A stretch of 64,000 bases of DNA from Octopus vulgaris (GCA_951406725.2 OX597814.1:209498001-209562000); one strand, 5' to 3'. Numbered from the stretch's first letter, positions 40,369-53,770 are shown. Notes: generated by a model from the letters alone, not told the origin. Translations and numbers: made by a program.

Positions 40369-43329
40369 CTCCCGCTATTATAATGACGCTAATAATGACA
40401 GAAATATAGAAAGGGGAATATGATTAAGAGAAACAATAAAAATATGAAAAGGCACCAAGAAAACAATGCCGATCATGTTATCTACGTTGACAATATGATT
40501 AATATTATTATAATCAACAGCAACAACAAATATAGCATAAATACAACCATATATCGAATAACAATGGCGAAATAACTATGAAGACGGCGGCGATAAATAG
40601 ATGCAATGCCAATACTTAAAATAATTGGCCCTAACCTGATTTGTTAAAGAAAGCGAAATATTTCCTAATCTAATCTAAAGACAAGAATATAATCAAAACA
40701 TTTTCAACATTTTTCTTCTGTTTCTCATATAAACAAGAATTTGCATTTTAAAATTTGATATTTTTTGCAAAAACATTTTAGAAATAAAGCCTACAGATAC
40801 TGACTTTGCTGAAGCAAACATAATTGTGTTGGCATCAACTATGACAGCATTCTGTAAATTTGCCAAGGATCGTTTTTTTTTTTTCCTCCTTCTATTCATG
40901 AAAAAAAAAATGCCTTCTTCAGAATAAGGAAACCTGAAGGAAATAGTTTTCAAAGACGAATATTCTCTAATTGAAGCCAAATACTTAACACTAAACGAAT
41001 ATTTAAAAAAAAACATTTATTAGTGACAAGAACTAAAAAACACAAACTAAAGGGATGACTGAGTGTATTCTCTCACCTTGCTCAATGAAACAGCCAAGTT
41101 TATGTCATGCAACCAAGGGAACATTTACGCGATCGTTTAATCTCCTGATCGAAATACCAGTCAGACTACCTTCTAAGAACACCTTACAATCAAAAGGAAG
41201 TCAGACATATTTAATAATGCAGTAATCAAAAATAAGATGTTATGATCACGGATGCAAAGGATTTGTTCAGAGATCTGCATGATCAACATCAACGAACAAT
41301 TATATATCAACACTGCTCTTATTGTAATTAAAATGTAGGAAGAATCTAGTGATTGATTCTCTCATAACTACCATTGTTGAGCTTTTCTCTCTCAACATAA
41401 ATTAAAGTTATCAGTTTTTAACATAGGCACAAGTTAACAAAATATAAAGAAACCGTTGACCTTTGTTCTTGTTACCTCGTGACCAAAAATATTTTGGTAG
41501 TTTTGGATTATTGCTAGCAGTTATAGTTGATGTGGTTATCCTCTTGATTTGACCTTGATTAGAACTCAGAAGAACGAATGATGAAGTTTCACCGGGAAGA
41601 TTGGAAATCAGAAGTATTCTTTTCTAACAATTCTGCCACTTACCATTTTTATTGAATCCAGAAATATTAGGAATAAACTCTCGCATGAAAATTGGAGTCA
41701 CAAGTGGCGACGAGTTCTGACCTTTACTAACATATTAGAAGGCTTGATACTGGTTGATATTGCTGTCACATTGTTCTTGTTATATATTATAATCTATGAT
41801 ACATATGTTATAGACTTTTTCGAACCAAGATACGATGCTTATTCAGCAAATATATATAATTAGAAAAGAACGTTGTACACAACCTTACTACAGTTTGTAT
41901 GCGTCCTTCCGCTGTTTAATCACAAGTCAGTTACGATTCATTATTATTAGAGTTATGAACAAAGAGGGTCTAGTTTCGACGATTCTGTATTTCATTCAGT
42001 CATAGTGTATCCAAGATCTTTTAAAGCTATAAACAAGCTTTGGTAGCATGCAGAGGCACAACTGTCGACCCTGTTTAGATGTTTAAGAGGATATTTCCAG
42101 AGAATATGGACATTAGTAGGTAGTTAGAACAGTTTATATAAAGCAAATTATATATAGCAAATATAGCAGAGATATCAGACGATAACTCACATGCAGCTCA
42201 TCACAACTCAACATAATTTCTATCGGCAATAACTGAGAGCAACCTTTATTGATTTACATCATGTGTTAGAGTGATGTATGTAAACGTCATATCGATTTTG
42301 AACATGCATCGATTCAGCTAACCAATCCCGTTCGAAGCCAACTGTAGTATGAGCTTTCTCACGTAGAAGCCCGTCCATACACATACATCAATACGTGCAT
42401 AAGAACATACATACATACATACACACATGAATATTAGGCTAGTATTCGTTATGTGCTGCTTATGTAATTTTTCCCTATTTAAAAATTTAAATTATTATGG
42501 AAGCTGTAATTAGTTAATTGTGCAGAATAAATATTAATTTCGATTTTATGGCAATTTTTAGCGAGTGTTGATTAGTGGAGATTAGAGATCACTCATCAGC
42601 TGAAGTAAAATTTCTAGTTGTTCCGCAGGATTAAAATTACAGTACCACGAAGCAGGATTCTTGGAAAGGGAATATCTTCCACGTCTGTATATAAACGCAA
42701 AATAGCCAAGTGGTAAATGCTTTAGGTTACCAATTACAGTTTATGAGTTAAAATCATTTGATCCATTTAATCTTTTCTTGAAATGATTCTTTACGCTTCA
42801 TTTCTTCAGTTCACTGAGCTTCTGGAATTATGTACAGTACGTTTATAAGCCCTTTATGTAAACTCATCTAATTAAGGGTACATTACACAGAACAACACAA
42901 TGTTGAAATAAACAGACAGATAATGCGGATAGTGCATATAATAATCTAAAGATCAAATTCCAAATCCAGTGAGGAAGTCTAAACAAATTCAGCGATAAAG
43001 TGTACAGAAGTAATAAAAATGGCTGTTGCTTACTTCACTCCTGACGATGTGAGTGTAAATGCCTTGATCCTGATAAAGGAATTGGAGAAAAAAGAGCTGC
43101 AAAATGCTCGTGCATAAATGTGAAAAGCAGTAAAATAATCACACATTGAATATCCTCCTCCTCCTCCTCCTCATTTCATCATATCATCTCGCTCCGTCTC
43201 TCTCATCTTCTCCTTCTATATATTTATATACGCACGTAAATGTATATATGTAAATACAAACACACTATCACACACATTCATATGCATATATGTATATGCA
43301 CGAATATCCCAGAAATGTGGGATGATATC

Positions 43330-43545
43330 GTTTTATATTCTTTTATTCTTTTATACTTTTACTTGTTTCAGTCTTTTGACCGCAGCCATGCTGGAGCACC
43401 GCCTTTAGTCGAACAAATCGACCCTAGGAGTTATTCTTTGTAAGCTTAGTACTTATCCTACCGTCTTTCTTTTGCCGAACCGCTAGGTTACGAGGACGTA
43501 AACACACCAACATCAGTTGTCAAGCGATAGCGGACAAACACAGAC
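43330..43545 (-). mobile_element. SINE family C, 3' half
   Basis: CTTGTTTCAGTC...CCATGCTGGAGCACCGCCTTTAGTCG. Confidence 0.85.
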
Positions 43546-43561
43546 ACACAGACACACAGAC

Positions 43562-43596
<35 letters not shown>

Positions 43597-43639
43597 CACA
43601 CACACACACATACACGCACACACATATATATATGTATGT

Positions 43640-44960
43640 ATGGCAAATGAATGACAGAAGGTGGAATATACAAGAATTTATTATTAATCACGACAATTGT
43701 TTCGAAACATCTACCATCGATTGCTCATGGTTGGGACATTCAGAAACTGGTTCAGGAGCATCCGGTGGTGCAGATTTATCTCGTCGGGTGATAAATAAAT
43801 ACAACTCGTTAAAATAACAGTTTCACAATGTAACTTCTCGTTTTGCAGAAAGAAAAGCAACCAGACGGAGTAAATATCTTCATTTATATAGAAGATCAAA
43901 AATAAAATCAGAGATGAAGAAAAGGAGAAACAAACACGCACAACCGTTGAAACAACCGTTAACAAATATGGATGTATAAACGCCCTTGCGCAAGCAGTAT
44001 GGCGCGGGTACACTCGGTCACAAAAGCATTCGCGAAGGTGTGAGCATACGCACACGTGAGGTTTGGTGCACTCGTGATCACAAAGGGAGTTAACTATTTA
44101 CTTTGTGTTTGTAAGAATTGGGAGGTTAAAAGTAAACTTAAGTTATCCATGCCTTAAAGTAACTTAAATTATATTAACGTTTATTCAAAATTCATTCCCC
44201 CTGCGTTGTGCGAATGTACATATATATGCGTGTAGGCACCTCGAGAATCTTTCAGAAATTTCTATTAATAATCTTCTCCACAGAGTAAAAAGAGATTCCT
44301 CGGAGTAGAGACGGCCTCTCCTGAAAATTATATAATATGGTTTCGCGTGCCTTACTATGGACCAAGTTACGCTGTACTTCATTTTATCTTCCTTCAGTTG
44401 CCATACAAAATCTGCCAAAGATGCTGAATGTCTTTTATTGATTGTCTTAAAGCTGGCGACATGACTACGATAACGATTCCTAAATGAGTCAGTCGTCTAT
44501 CCAATGTAAACATACGGCTATCCCCTAGTGTGCACGGTACATTTGTATACAAGATTTGTACTCATACAGAAATTCATCAAAGGACATTTTGATTTTTCCC
44601 TGCATGAGAATTTATCGTTTTTATTTGTCTATAAGGCAGTCTCGACTCCATTTACCGATGTTGTTACCGAGTTACCTGTATCATAAGTATATCTACTGCG
44701 ACAATTTGGTCGTAATTGGTGTTTATCATTGCGGTTTACATCTCCTTTGTTCATATTTAGATGTATATGTTCGGTAGATTTACTGAACAATTGTCGCATT
44801 TTAGTACTGTTTATGTGGTGCATAAGCTGCTCTAAATTAGCAGAGTTGGCGTAGGGTACCTTCACGGTGTGCCGATTAAAAATAGCATGATACCGATTAG
44901 ATTTAGGAAAACTACTATACAGATGAAGTATACTAGCCATCTCAATATGGCTAACCACTA
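43640..44960 (-). mobile_element. Decayed Penelope-like element 3' part (GIY-YIG plus terminal repeat)
   Basis: FPKSNRYHAIFNRHTVKVPY and FVWQLKEDKMKYSVTWSIVRHAKPY...RFSRCLH match PLE C-terminal motifs. Confidence 0.85.
43687..43792 (-). ncRNA. Degenerate type I hammerhead downstream of the PLE ORF
   Basis: Minus strand: ATCAC-CCGACGA-long stem II-GAAAC-AATT-GTC-GTGAT; U4>C. Confidence 0.7.
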
Positions 44961-45061
44961 AGGGTGACTAGTATAGTTTACGTTGTCGAGCAGTTACTGT
45001 TTACATCTCCTTCAGAGATTTATTATTGCTTACTATACAGATGTAATATATATATATATAA

Positions 45062-45098
<37 letters not shown>

Positions 45099-45101
<3 letters not shown>

Positions 45102-45268
45102 ATAATTAAGATAAATGACCTCTATTAAGTAATTCAATAGTGAAAAACATTATCCACACCATACAGAAAAAATTAAATATACTATGATAAATATTTAATT
45201 TTTTCTATATAATATAATGTCTTTCACTATTGAATTACTTAATAGAGGTTATTTCCCTTAATTATATA
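45099..45268. repeat. Nested inverted repeat (about 55-bp arms)
   Basis: ACCTCTATTAAGTAATTCAATAGTGAAA versus TTTCACTATTGAATTACTTAATAGAGGT, plus inner AGAAAAAATTAAATAT/ATATTTAATTTTTTCT. Confidence 0.9.
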
Positions 45269-46189
45269 CATATATTATATATTGTGAAATTTGATTTAGA
45301 ATTGCTAAATAAAATTTTTCCCTGTAATTTTGGAATTATATCCCCAAAAATTACAATCTATATGATACATCGAAAACAGAGAAATATATTTGAATGCATT
45401 TTAAAAGGAAAGAGGGAATTAAAATCTTTAGAAAAAACAGTTTTCTATGTAAATCTATATAACTGACTTCCTAGAAAAAAATAGTCATATCCTACTCGAA
45501 CCATAGCCTATGACTGAAATGGTTTGAGTGGCATATGACTACATTGTCCAATATGTAAAAATTGGACAATGTAGTTTTTTGGTGCACAGTGTGTTGTAAT
45601 TGGGGTGATTTTGCCCATAGGATCTCCTCGCAATGTGTGAGGGAGAGATATCATTTATATTTTGTAATTCCAAAATATTAACATTTGCTATCTCATGCTG
45701 TATAACAAATTAATATTAAATCGAAATTAAAATGCTATTAACTGTAACCACAATTAACTGAAAGCCACTAAATCGTTATATTTTGTTTTAGTATTAGAAG
45801 CATTCGGGTGATTAATATAGTTTTAACTAAAACGAAAAAAACAAAACAATTTTAGTTGTAAGTTTATCATATTCTTGGGCATCATCCAGCCGCTGATAAA
45901 AAAAGCTGGGGGATGGTGTGGCATAATATTGCCAAGCCGCAAACACTAGTATACCAATGAGATAAATTTTTTAATCAAGGAATATTAGTAAGCGGAAGAA
46001 GCCTTAAGCTGTAAAGATTACAAATCTGGTGGTGAGATTAGTATCTCAGGCTCCTGAAAAGCGTTTGAGAGTCTAATTTAAGCAACATATTGTTTTTAGG
46101 TATTGTCTCACGTTCATAATGACTTATGGAGTAATTTACTTTTATTAATCAAAACGAAAATTGTTTTTTAATTGTGATAGGATGCATTG

Positions 46190-46461
46190 TATTCTTTTAT
46201 TCTTTTACTGGTTTCAGTCATTTGACTGCGGCCATGCTGGAGTACCGCCTTTAGTAGTCGAACGAATCGAACTCAGGACTTATTCTATGTAAAGCTAGCA
46301 TTTATTCTATCGGTCGCTTTTGCGGAATCGCTAGGCTACGAGGACGTAAACACAACCAATGTCGGTTGTCAAGCGATGGTGGGGGACAACACAGATACAC
46401 AAACACACAGACACACACGCACACACACACACACACATACACACACACACACACACACACA

Positions 46462-46535
<74 letters not shown>

Positions 46536-46692
46536 CGACAGGCTTCTTTCAGTTTCTGTCTATCAAATCCACGCACAATGCTTCAGTCGGCACGAAGCTA
46601 TAATAGAAGACAGTAACCCAAGGTTTCACGCTGTGGGACTGAAGCCGGAACCATGTGGTTGGGAAGCAAGCTTCTAACCACACAGCCACAAT
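46190..46692 (-). mobile_element. Full-length SINE family C with internal (TA)/(TG) microsatellite
   Basis: Reverse-complement homology to 57655-58068. Confidence 0.9.
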
Positions 46693-47306
46693 TGCAATAT
46701 TTTAATATCTAAAGGTTGATAAATTATTTCCAAAAATTTATATTCTTTATGATTTGAAAATCTAAAATAAATGTATGGGTATTTATTTCCTATTTGAATG
46801 GCTGATATTCAATAACATTGTGAGCTTGAAAATAATCAGGAAAAAAAAAATAATGGTAAAATCAATGCAATGTCAAATAATTTGACATTTCGAGAAATAT
46901 TTATAAAATCTGTTTTACTCTGCTATTATAAAACACATAATTTCACACGTCTAAAACAATACGTGGACGAATGACAAAGTAATAGAATGGATTGCAACAA
47001 AATGTCAATCAAAGAATCCGTATACGTTAAATCCATACGAACTACACATACGAGGAGGCTCCACAATGAACTGGTGGGCGCATTATCGCAGGGTATGATG
47101 ACAATCAGAATGAAAAGTTAAGACGATGTTGTTACATAAAATTATCAAGGTTTCAATCGTATCCAATGGCTAGAAGGACAGTTTCTTCGTTATACATTGG
47201 TTTGCACGCATAGTTAATTAATCAATTAAACAATCAATTAATGGAATAGTTTAACCTCAATCATTCTCACGGGACCCTAAACATTATTGTAGAATTTTCA
47301 AGCATA

Positions 47307-47527
47307 TATGAGGGGTTTCTCGAAAGTTCCTTGCTTTGGGTAAAAGAAAATACAGGAGGATCATTTAATTATAATTTTATTCAACATATTCCCCTCTCAG
47401 ATTCACACGCTTATTGTAGCGGTCCTTCAGTTTTTCTATGGCCCATAAAAGAATTTGGAAGGTTGGGCCTCCAACTAGGTCTTTTGCGAAATCCTTCAAG
47501 CCAGGCAATTTTCACTACCCCCTCGTA
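47307..47527. mobile_element. Mariner-type MITE (about 220 bp, TA ends)
   Basis: TATGAGGGG...AAAGTTCC versus ...CCCCCTCGTA. Confidence 0.85.
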
Positions 47528-47915
47528 CTGCGGTGACGGTGGGTTTGCATTGTATCAGTGTTATAAACATCAATTATTCGCCTATTAAGAATTCAAGAGG
47601 TGGAGATTGTAGATAATTAACATATCGAATTCTTTGATTTTGTAAAAATTTGCCACAGTACATAATTTTGGGGAGCTTTGCAAATCATAGAAGTTCAGGG
47701 TTCGAAGAGATTTGTTTAGGGCACACTAATTCATTAAATGGTCGACTAACTGATTAATTATTTAAATAATTATACAGCCAAACGTATGTATTGAGTGAAA
47801 CGATTTCTGTAACTATTGGAAGCGATCACAGCGTCGAGTAAAATTATGTGACATATACATGCATACATACATACATACATACATACATATACATATATAC
47901 ACACACACGCACATA

Positions 47916-47969
<54 letters not shown>

Positions 47970-47970
47970 C

Positions 47971-48061
<91 letters not shown>

Positions 48062-48063
<2 letters not shown>

Positions 48064-48133
48064 ATTTCACGAGCTTGCTGTTCCGTTGATCGGATCAACT
48101 AGAATCCTCGCTGTCGTAACCGACGGAGTACCA
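48062..48133 (+). mobile_element. Isolated 3' tail of SINE family A or its partner LINE
   Basis: TAATTTCACGAGCTTGCTGTTCCGTTGATCGGATCAAC. Confidence 0.75.
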
Positions 48134-48442
48134 GTGTAAGGAATTCTCGAGCGGTGTTTTCCCACAATTATAGTCCCAGTCAGTATACATGTATACAATT
48201 ACGTGCTTTGACTACAGCAGTAGAACATTTTAGCACTTATCTCTAGCAATGTAGGTGTTTCTAACACCCTATTCTCTTTTGCGACAATTGTAATTTTCCT
48301 TTTGGTAAAACATTACAAATTGCTGTCTATATTGATTTTCTGTATACACATTAGCGATTCGCTAAATCATCCATAAATTTCTATGATAAAACCATATGTA
48401 CTGATAGAGAATTAGGTCCAGAATCTGCCGAAGTAGAACCAG

Positions 48443-48493
48443 TCGTTACTGATGAGGGAACGGAAATTGCCGAAACTGACGTCAGTATAAAGA
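48443..48493 (+). ncRNA. Type I hammerhead (GUA site after 48487), slightly decayed
   Basis: TCGTTA-CTGATGA-GGGAA/TTGCC-GAAAC-TGACGTCA-GTA-TAAAGA; palindromic stem III ACTGACGTCAGT. Confidence 0.75.
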
Positions 48494-49032
48494 ATTCTAA
48501 AACAGTACTTTCGGACGATTACAGCCCCTGCCAATATATATGTATACAATTATGTTCTTTGCCTACAGGATTAGAACATTTTAGCTCTTATTTCTTGCAA
48601 TGTAGGTGTTTCTAACAACCTAGTCATATTTAGTGACAGATATATATATTTTTTGGTAATACATTGCAAACTGCTGTCGATATAAATCATATATATATAT
48701 ATAATTTCAGGATTCAAGTGAATCAGGTTCTTAAATAGTAAAGCACCAAGGTCGGGTTTGTGGAATCTATATCATCTACGAAACTACATTAGAGAAACAT
48801 ATACCTACATACCAAAATAAAGAGGAATTTACATTCCGGTTGCATGTACGATCAAAAGCGTCCGACTGAATATACCACGACTTCAGCACTGTACCTAGGT
48901 ACAAGTACTGCACCAATTGTACTGCACTGGATAGGCTCCAGATCCACGCTAACTGCAGGTTCAGATATACCCGAATTTATGGGCATGTTCTACAAAAGTG
49001 ATATCTAGTAATACATACTTTAAATAGTGGTT

Positions 49033-49123
49033 CACTCATTACAGCTGTTTCAGACGTGTTTTGTTGTAATTGATGAATAGAATTGTTACATCGTCTGATA
49101 AAAACCGTCTCATCAGGTGAATA
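49033..49123 (-). ncRNA. Degenerate type I hammerhead in the insertion 48686-49270
   Basis: Minus strand: TATTCAC-CTGATGA-GACG...CGTCT-GAAAC-AGCT-GTA-ATGAGTG; stem II is off register by 1 nt. Confidence 0.6.
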
Positions 49124-50674
49124 TACGCGCGAATTGAGCATTAAAAAAATCATTCCAACGAAACCAAGTATGTGCCATTTCATGATTCCCTGGCGCCCCA
49201 GGGAATCGTACTCACTTTCTATTTTAGGTGAAACTTGAAAGATTTTGTGATAATTTGACTAAAGTGAATATATATTGATTTTCTGTATACATATTAGCGA
49301 TTTGCTAAATCATCCATAGATTTCTATGATGAAACCATATATACTGATACAGAATTAAGTCCTGAATCTGCCAGTCCACTGCAAATTGGTCCACTGCACG
49401 ACGTCTTTCAGAACAGATAAAAATTCTTCGTCTCTCCCAGTGGAAGGAAGGTAGCTGGACGACCTTCACAATACCGGATCCGTTCTATTCGTGACAACAG
49501 GTATTCAACATAAACCCAAGTGTGTAATGCTTGGACACTGGGTGGGTGCATGCATAATAGTTTTGCCACCCTGCGTGCATCTCAGACAAGCCTAGTCGAC
49601 AGTACTTCTATGCCTGATGAGTTCATTTTGAACTGGCAATGCCAGGTAGCACATCCAGGCCAAGATTTCTGGAAATTTGATACGGGCCCCAAACCAAAAG
49701 TCCAACGGGGATTTCTGTTCAAATCTCCCACCTAATCCCGAGCCACTTTTCTTTTCGAAATATTTTTTATTTCTAGAAGCTTACTGTTTTTTTTTTAATC
49801 ACACAGATCCCTAATCGCCAGAAATCTAGTTCTGGTGGTTTCTTTGTGACTTTTACTCGGATCAACCTTCGTCTCGTGTAAATCGGTATTAATGTGGATT
49901 ATTCCGTTTTCCTTTGTTGGACGGTGCCGTACTTCTGACTAGGCATTGAGAGTAGAAAATACTCAGATATACTTGAGTTTATGGGCATGTTCTACAAAAG
50001 TGATATCTAGTAATACATACTTTAAATATAGTTCAGTTATGCTTTATGCTGTAACATGTGTCTTTTCATCGACAAATATCTACGCATAAATGTTTTCTTT
50101 TCTGTTTGCTGTAAGAGGTATTGCGGCATATCAATCTTAACTGTACCCTGCGTTTGTTCTATACGGTTAATGTGCTTCTCTGCCTCTTTTAAATGCTCAT
50201 GCTTGTTCTCTAGAGCAATGGCATCAAACACATTTGTGATTTTGGCAAAATGAATATTTTTTGTCGGTTTTAATGCTGTTGGTAGTGTTAGAACTGCTGT
50301 TGTTATTGTTATTGCGTCTGTTTTGGATTATGGTGGTGATGGTGGTGGTTGTGGTGGTAGTAGTGATGATAGTAGTCGTATTGGCAATGCAGGATTTGTT
50401 GCTTCTGGCCATTTTCCGAGCTTCTGTATTTGGCATTTCATTGTTCTCGCTACTGCTACACTTACTAATGTTGGTATTATTATTTCTGTTAGTACTATTT
50501 TTAATTATTCTGAAGAAATATGTGAGAGAAGCTGATTGCAAAGGATGAATTCAACTCCAAAACCTCCCCTCCTTCCTCTCTTCATGTATCTGCGACGAAG
50601 ATGACACCATTGTGAAAGTAATTTTTCTGTCTCGAAAAAGAAAAATGTTTTTTTATTAAATTTCCAACGTATCA

Positions 50675-50952
50675 TGGATGTCTCGTTATAACACCGAATA
50701 CTGTACTATAAGTCTTGAGAGATTCCTTCATAGAGACACTTGGTGCATAAAAGCTTACACATAGATCGCTGCAGGCGAGAATCGTGCTTCATGGGCGCAG
50801 GAATTTCCACATCACATGATTTCATTCGGCGCCCATGACATACGATTCTCACCTGCTACGATTTACGTGTGTGCTTTAATGCACCGAGCGGCTCTATGAG
50901 GGGATCCCTTATGGCTAACAACGCAGTATTCGATGTCCTAACAGAACATCCA
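50675..50952. repeat. Old imperfect palindrome (about 125-bp arms), probable foldback MITE
   Basis: GCAGGCGAGAATCGTGCTTCATGGGCGC versus GCGCCCATGACATACGATTCTCACCTGC, extending to the TGGATG/CATCCA ends. Confidence 0.85.
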
Positions 50953-51359
50953 CATTAAGTTGTATATAATGATTACTTTTTACTATTAATACTGCTTCCG
51001 ACGTTAATAATTAATTCTGAATTAATTTTTTAAAATGTCTTTCATTTAATATTTTACCGCGTACGCCGAGTGACAAAAACCGTTGATCAACCCTTTAGAG
51101 TGCTGGTCGACTAAGAAACACGGCTGAACAATAAAATTCACAAAAAAAGATGACTTGTAATTAGGAAAATAAAGCACAAACTCACGGAGCTTTCGAAAGG
51201 CGTCCATCAGCATTATCGAAAAACAATAAGAAAAACAACAACTCCTACAATATCAAAAGCAACAACCACAAAAATGACAGTAACAATCACAACAACAGCA
51301 ACAACAATAACAACAACATCAACACAATCAATTCCATGTAGCCACAACAGAAGTTGCTG

Positions 51360-51665
51360 GAAAACATAGATGGGATTAGCTGAAGAAAGGAACACTATAC
51401 TGAGCACTATACTGGCAACGCAAGACCAAGCTTTGGCCACGAATTGGAGGGTCAATCTTAGGAATGAACAAGTGTCTCCGCTGTGCCGCATCTCAAACAG
51501 AGTGGACGAAATCATTACCCATTCACGAACGAATGCCCTAGACTTGTCCAAAGCAACTACAAGTTGTGGCGACATGATAAGGTAGCGGTAAGTGCTACAT
51601 TGAAAACTGTGCGAGAAGTGTGGGCTAAAGGGATGCAAAGTGTGGTATGAGCACAAACTGCAGAG
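51360..51665 (+). mobile_element. Decayed R4/Dong-like RLE fragment (zinc-knuckle region)
   Basis: STILATQDQALATNWRVNL...SPLCRI...EIITH parallels GFILAAQDQSL...PKCRFC...ETVDH at 21688-21810. Confidence 0.75.
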
Positions 51666-52040
51666 AGATTGGCTGTCAGACAATTCCTACTACCACATCT
51701 GGCCACCTAACTCCCCAGACTACAATCCCTTGATTATTATATGTAGGGCGCAGTTGAGCGAGAGACCAACAAGACTCCTTGTAACACCAAATATGAACTG
51801 AAGGCAAGGATTATGGCAGCAGTCACCAACTTAAACAAAGAAACTGTCCAGAAGAGTTGCAGGAAATTCTGAAGTCGTCTGGAGGCCGTGGTTGAAGGCA
51901 ATGGCGACTTTTTGGAATAAATTTACTCTTTAGTATTTCTAGATATTTTTATGTAATTTTGGTAAATATATCTGTTAAAATAGAATGTCAGTGTTATTTT
52001 CATTTTTGCATACTTTTCACGACAATTTATTCACCGCGCA
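51666..52040 (+). mobile_element. Tc1/mariner-superfamily (maT/DD37D-like) transposase 3' remnant
   Basis: IWPPNSPDYNPLDYYM*GAVERETNKTPCNTKYELKARI...SRLEAVVEGNGDFLE*. Confidence 0.85.
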
Positions 52041-52430
52041 TATGTGTGTGTGTGTGCGTGCGTGATAGCTAAAAACAAATACGAAATATGCAAACAAAAG
52101 CAAAAGAAATAACAATTTGCTATTTTAGAACGGAAAGCAAATTAAAAGGAAAGTAAATGAAAAAGAATCTGTCCTAATATCTCAAACAGGAAGTATATTA
52201 GGCTTGTTTATTCAAATTACATATAAACTGTAAGATCTCAAAGCGAGATCAACTTTTCGATCGAGATAAAAGAAATATCTGTATATCTATATCTGTATTT
52301 ACACATTTCCTCTCTCCTTTACTCCATATCGTTCATACCCATATATCTACAAACACATATACACCAATATAAGCATCTATTTAGTTAAATATACACACAA
52401 ATACATCCATAAAACTTTATTAGTTGTGCA

Positions 52431-52479
<49 letters not shown>

Positions 52480-52480
<1 letters not shown>

Positions 52481-53770
52481 GTTGAAATTTACAGAAAAAC
52501 AGAAGACGGAGACAGGTGTATGAACAACAAGCTTGTGAAAAAGTCTTTTAAGTTTCAAGCCTACGCTCTTCAACAGAAAGGAATAAGAGAAAATTAACAC
52601 AGAGAAAATAAAAGAATAAAAGAACTTGTAGATGTTGTGATCAAGCATGGCGACTGTTTCGGATAAAAAAGGTTTGACAGGAGAGGTTGAAAGAAGGGGA
52701 GATGATAAAGTATTGGGGATCTCAAAACGAAGGTGTGCGTGCGTGTGTGTGTGTGGATAGGGGCTATTAATTTTGACGTGTGTGGATGTGTGTGTGTGTA
52801 ATTGTGTGCGTCTGTAACGTGTGGGTTTGTGGATGATGGTGAGTGGTATGGGTATTGGGAAGTCGTCAGTGCTAGTTTGTGTGGAGTGGTGTGGGGTGGT
52901 GTGATGTGGTGTGGTTGTAAGTGGGTGTGTGGATGTGGGATTAAGGTGTGGGGTGTGGGGATGGGGGCGGTATCAATGACGAGAAAGTGTAGGTAGGAGT
53001 GAAAAGAGGAAGTAGATGTCACATGATGAGAGGAAAGGAGGGAGTCACCTGAAGAGAGGAGGGGAGTTGAGCCTATGTGGTGCAAAGCGAAGAGAGAAGA
53101 CAATCCGAACACAGAGAGGTGTTGTAGTGAATGACCGGCAGAGCGGAAATGGCTCGAGGCCGGGGTGTCATTGCCAAGTCTGATGCCTCGGAGTTGCTCC
53201 GCATACCGGTCAGCCAAGCGTCGTCCCGTTTGACCGATGTACAGAGAAGGCCAGAAAGAGCATGTGATGCAATAAATGACGTTACTAGAAGTGCAGGTAA
53301 AGGAGACGGTGATATGATAGGAACGAGATGGGTGTCTGTGAAGACGGTGGTGTTCGAGAGGTAGGGGCAAGTGGGCGGGAGCAGGGAAATGAGTCAGGCT
53401 GGGAGGTGGAGTTAGGGAAGAAACTGTGGACCAGGAGGTCACGCAGGTTATGCGCTCGTTTGAAGGCGGGTAGGTTGAGGAAGATGTACGAGGTGGAGGA
53501 GTCGGACAGGAGTCGCCAGAAGGCTCGGAGAATGGTACGTTAAAGGGGTAGAGTGAAGGGGTGCTACATGAGGGGATCGGGTGACGGGCAACGGTGGAGT
53601 GGGTGCGGGGTAAGAGAGCAGAGGCACGGTCCCCGGAAAGTGCTCTGGCAAGGGTTGTGTAGATAGTGGTGAGGGGATATCCACGAAGGGTAAAGTGGCC
53701 AGTCTCAAAGTTATGGGTGTCACTTCAGAGCTTGGACAGACGGAGGAATTGGCGCGTGCATCTTTGAACA
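52480..53770 (-). mobile_element. Decayed Penelope-like element (RT thumb, GIY-YIG, terminal repeat) ending in (TA)n
   Basis: SFTCTSSNVIYCITCSFWPSLYIGQTGRRLADRYAEQLR; degenerate minimal hammerhead CTTT-CTGTTGA-A-GAGC-GTAG-GCTT-GAAAC-TTA-AAAG at about 52545-52580. Confidence 0.9.

Larger units (their letters stand above)
48183..49372 (+). mobile_element. Tandem 352-bp hammerhead-associated repeat; second unit interrupted
   Basis: 48183-48430 recurs as 48535-48685 plus 49271-49372. Confidence 0.8.

Noticed and set aside
40693-41016. 107-aa minus-strand ORF
   Set aside because: AT-rich with homopolymer runs and no motif; compatible with chance.
47128-47813. Solo LTR (TGTTAC...GTAAC ends)
   Set aside because: Imperfect terminus, with no TSD, PBS or second copy visible.
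49614-49680. CTGATGA followed by a GTTCA/TGAAC stem
   Set aside because: GAAA does not follow stem II; the CTGATGA hits near 38456, 57376 and 58616 also lack hammerhead topology.
50037-50541. Two overlapping minus-strand ORFs as a host exon
   Set aside because: Different frames, low-complexity T/N runs, no recognisable domain or clear splice sites.
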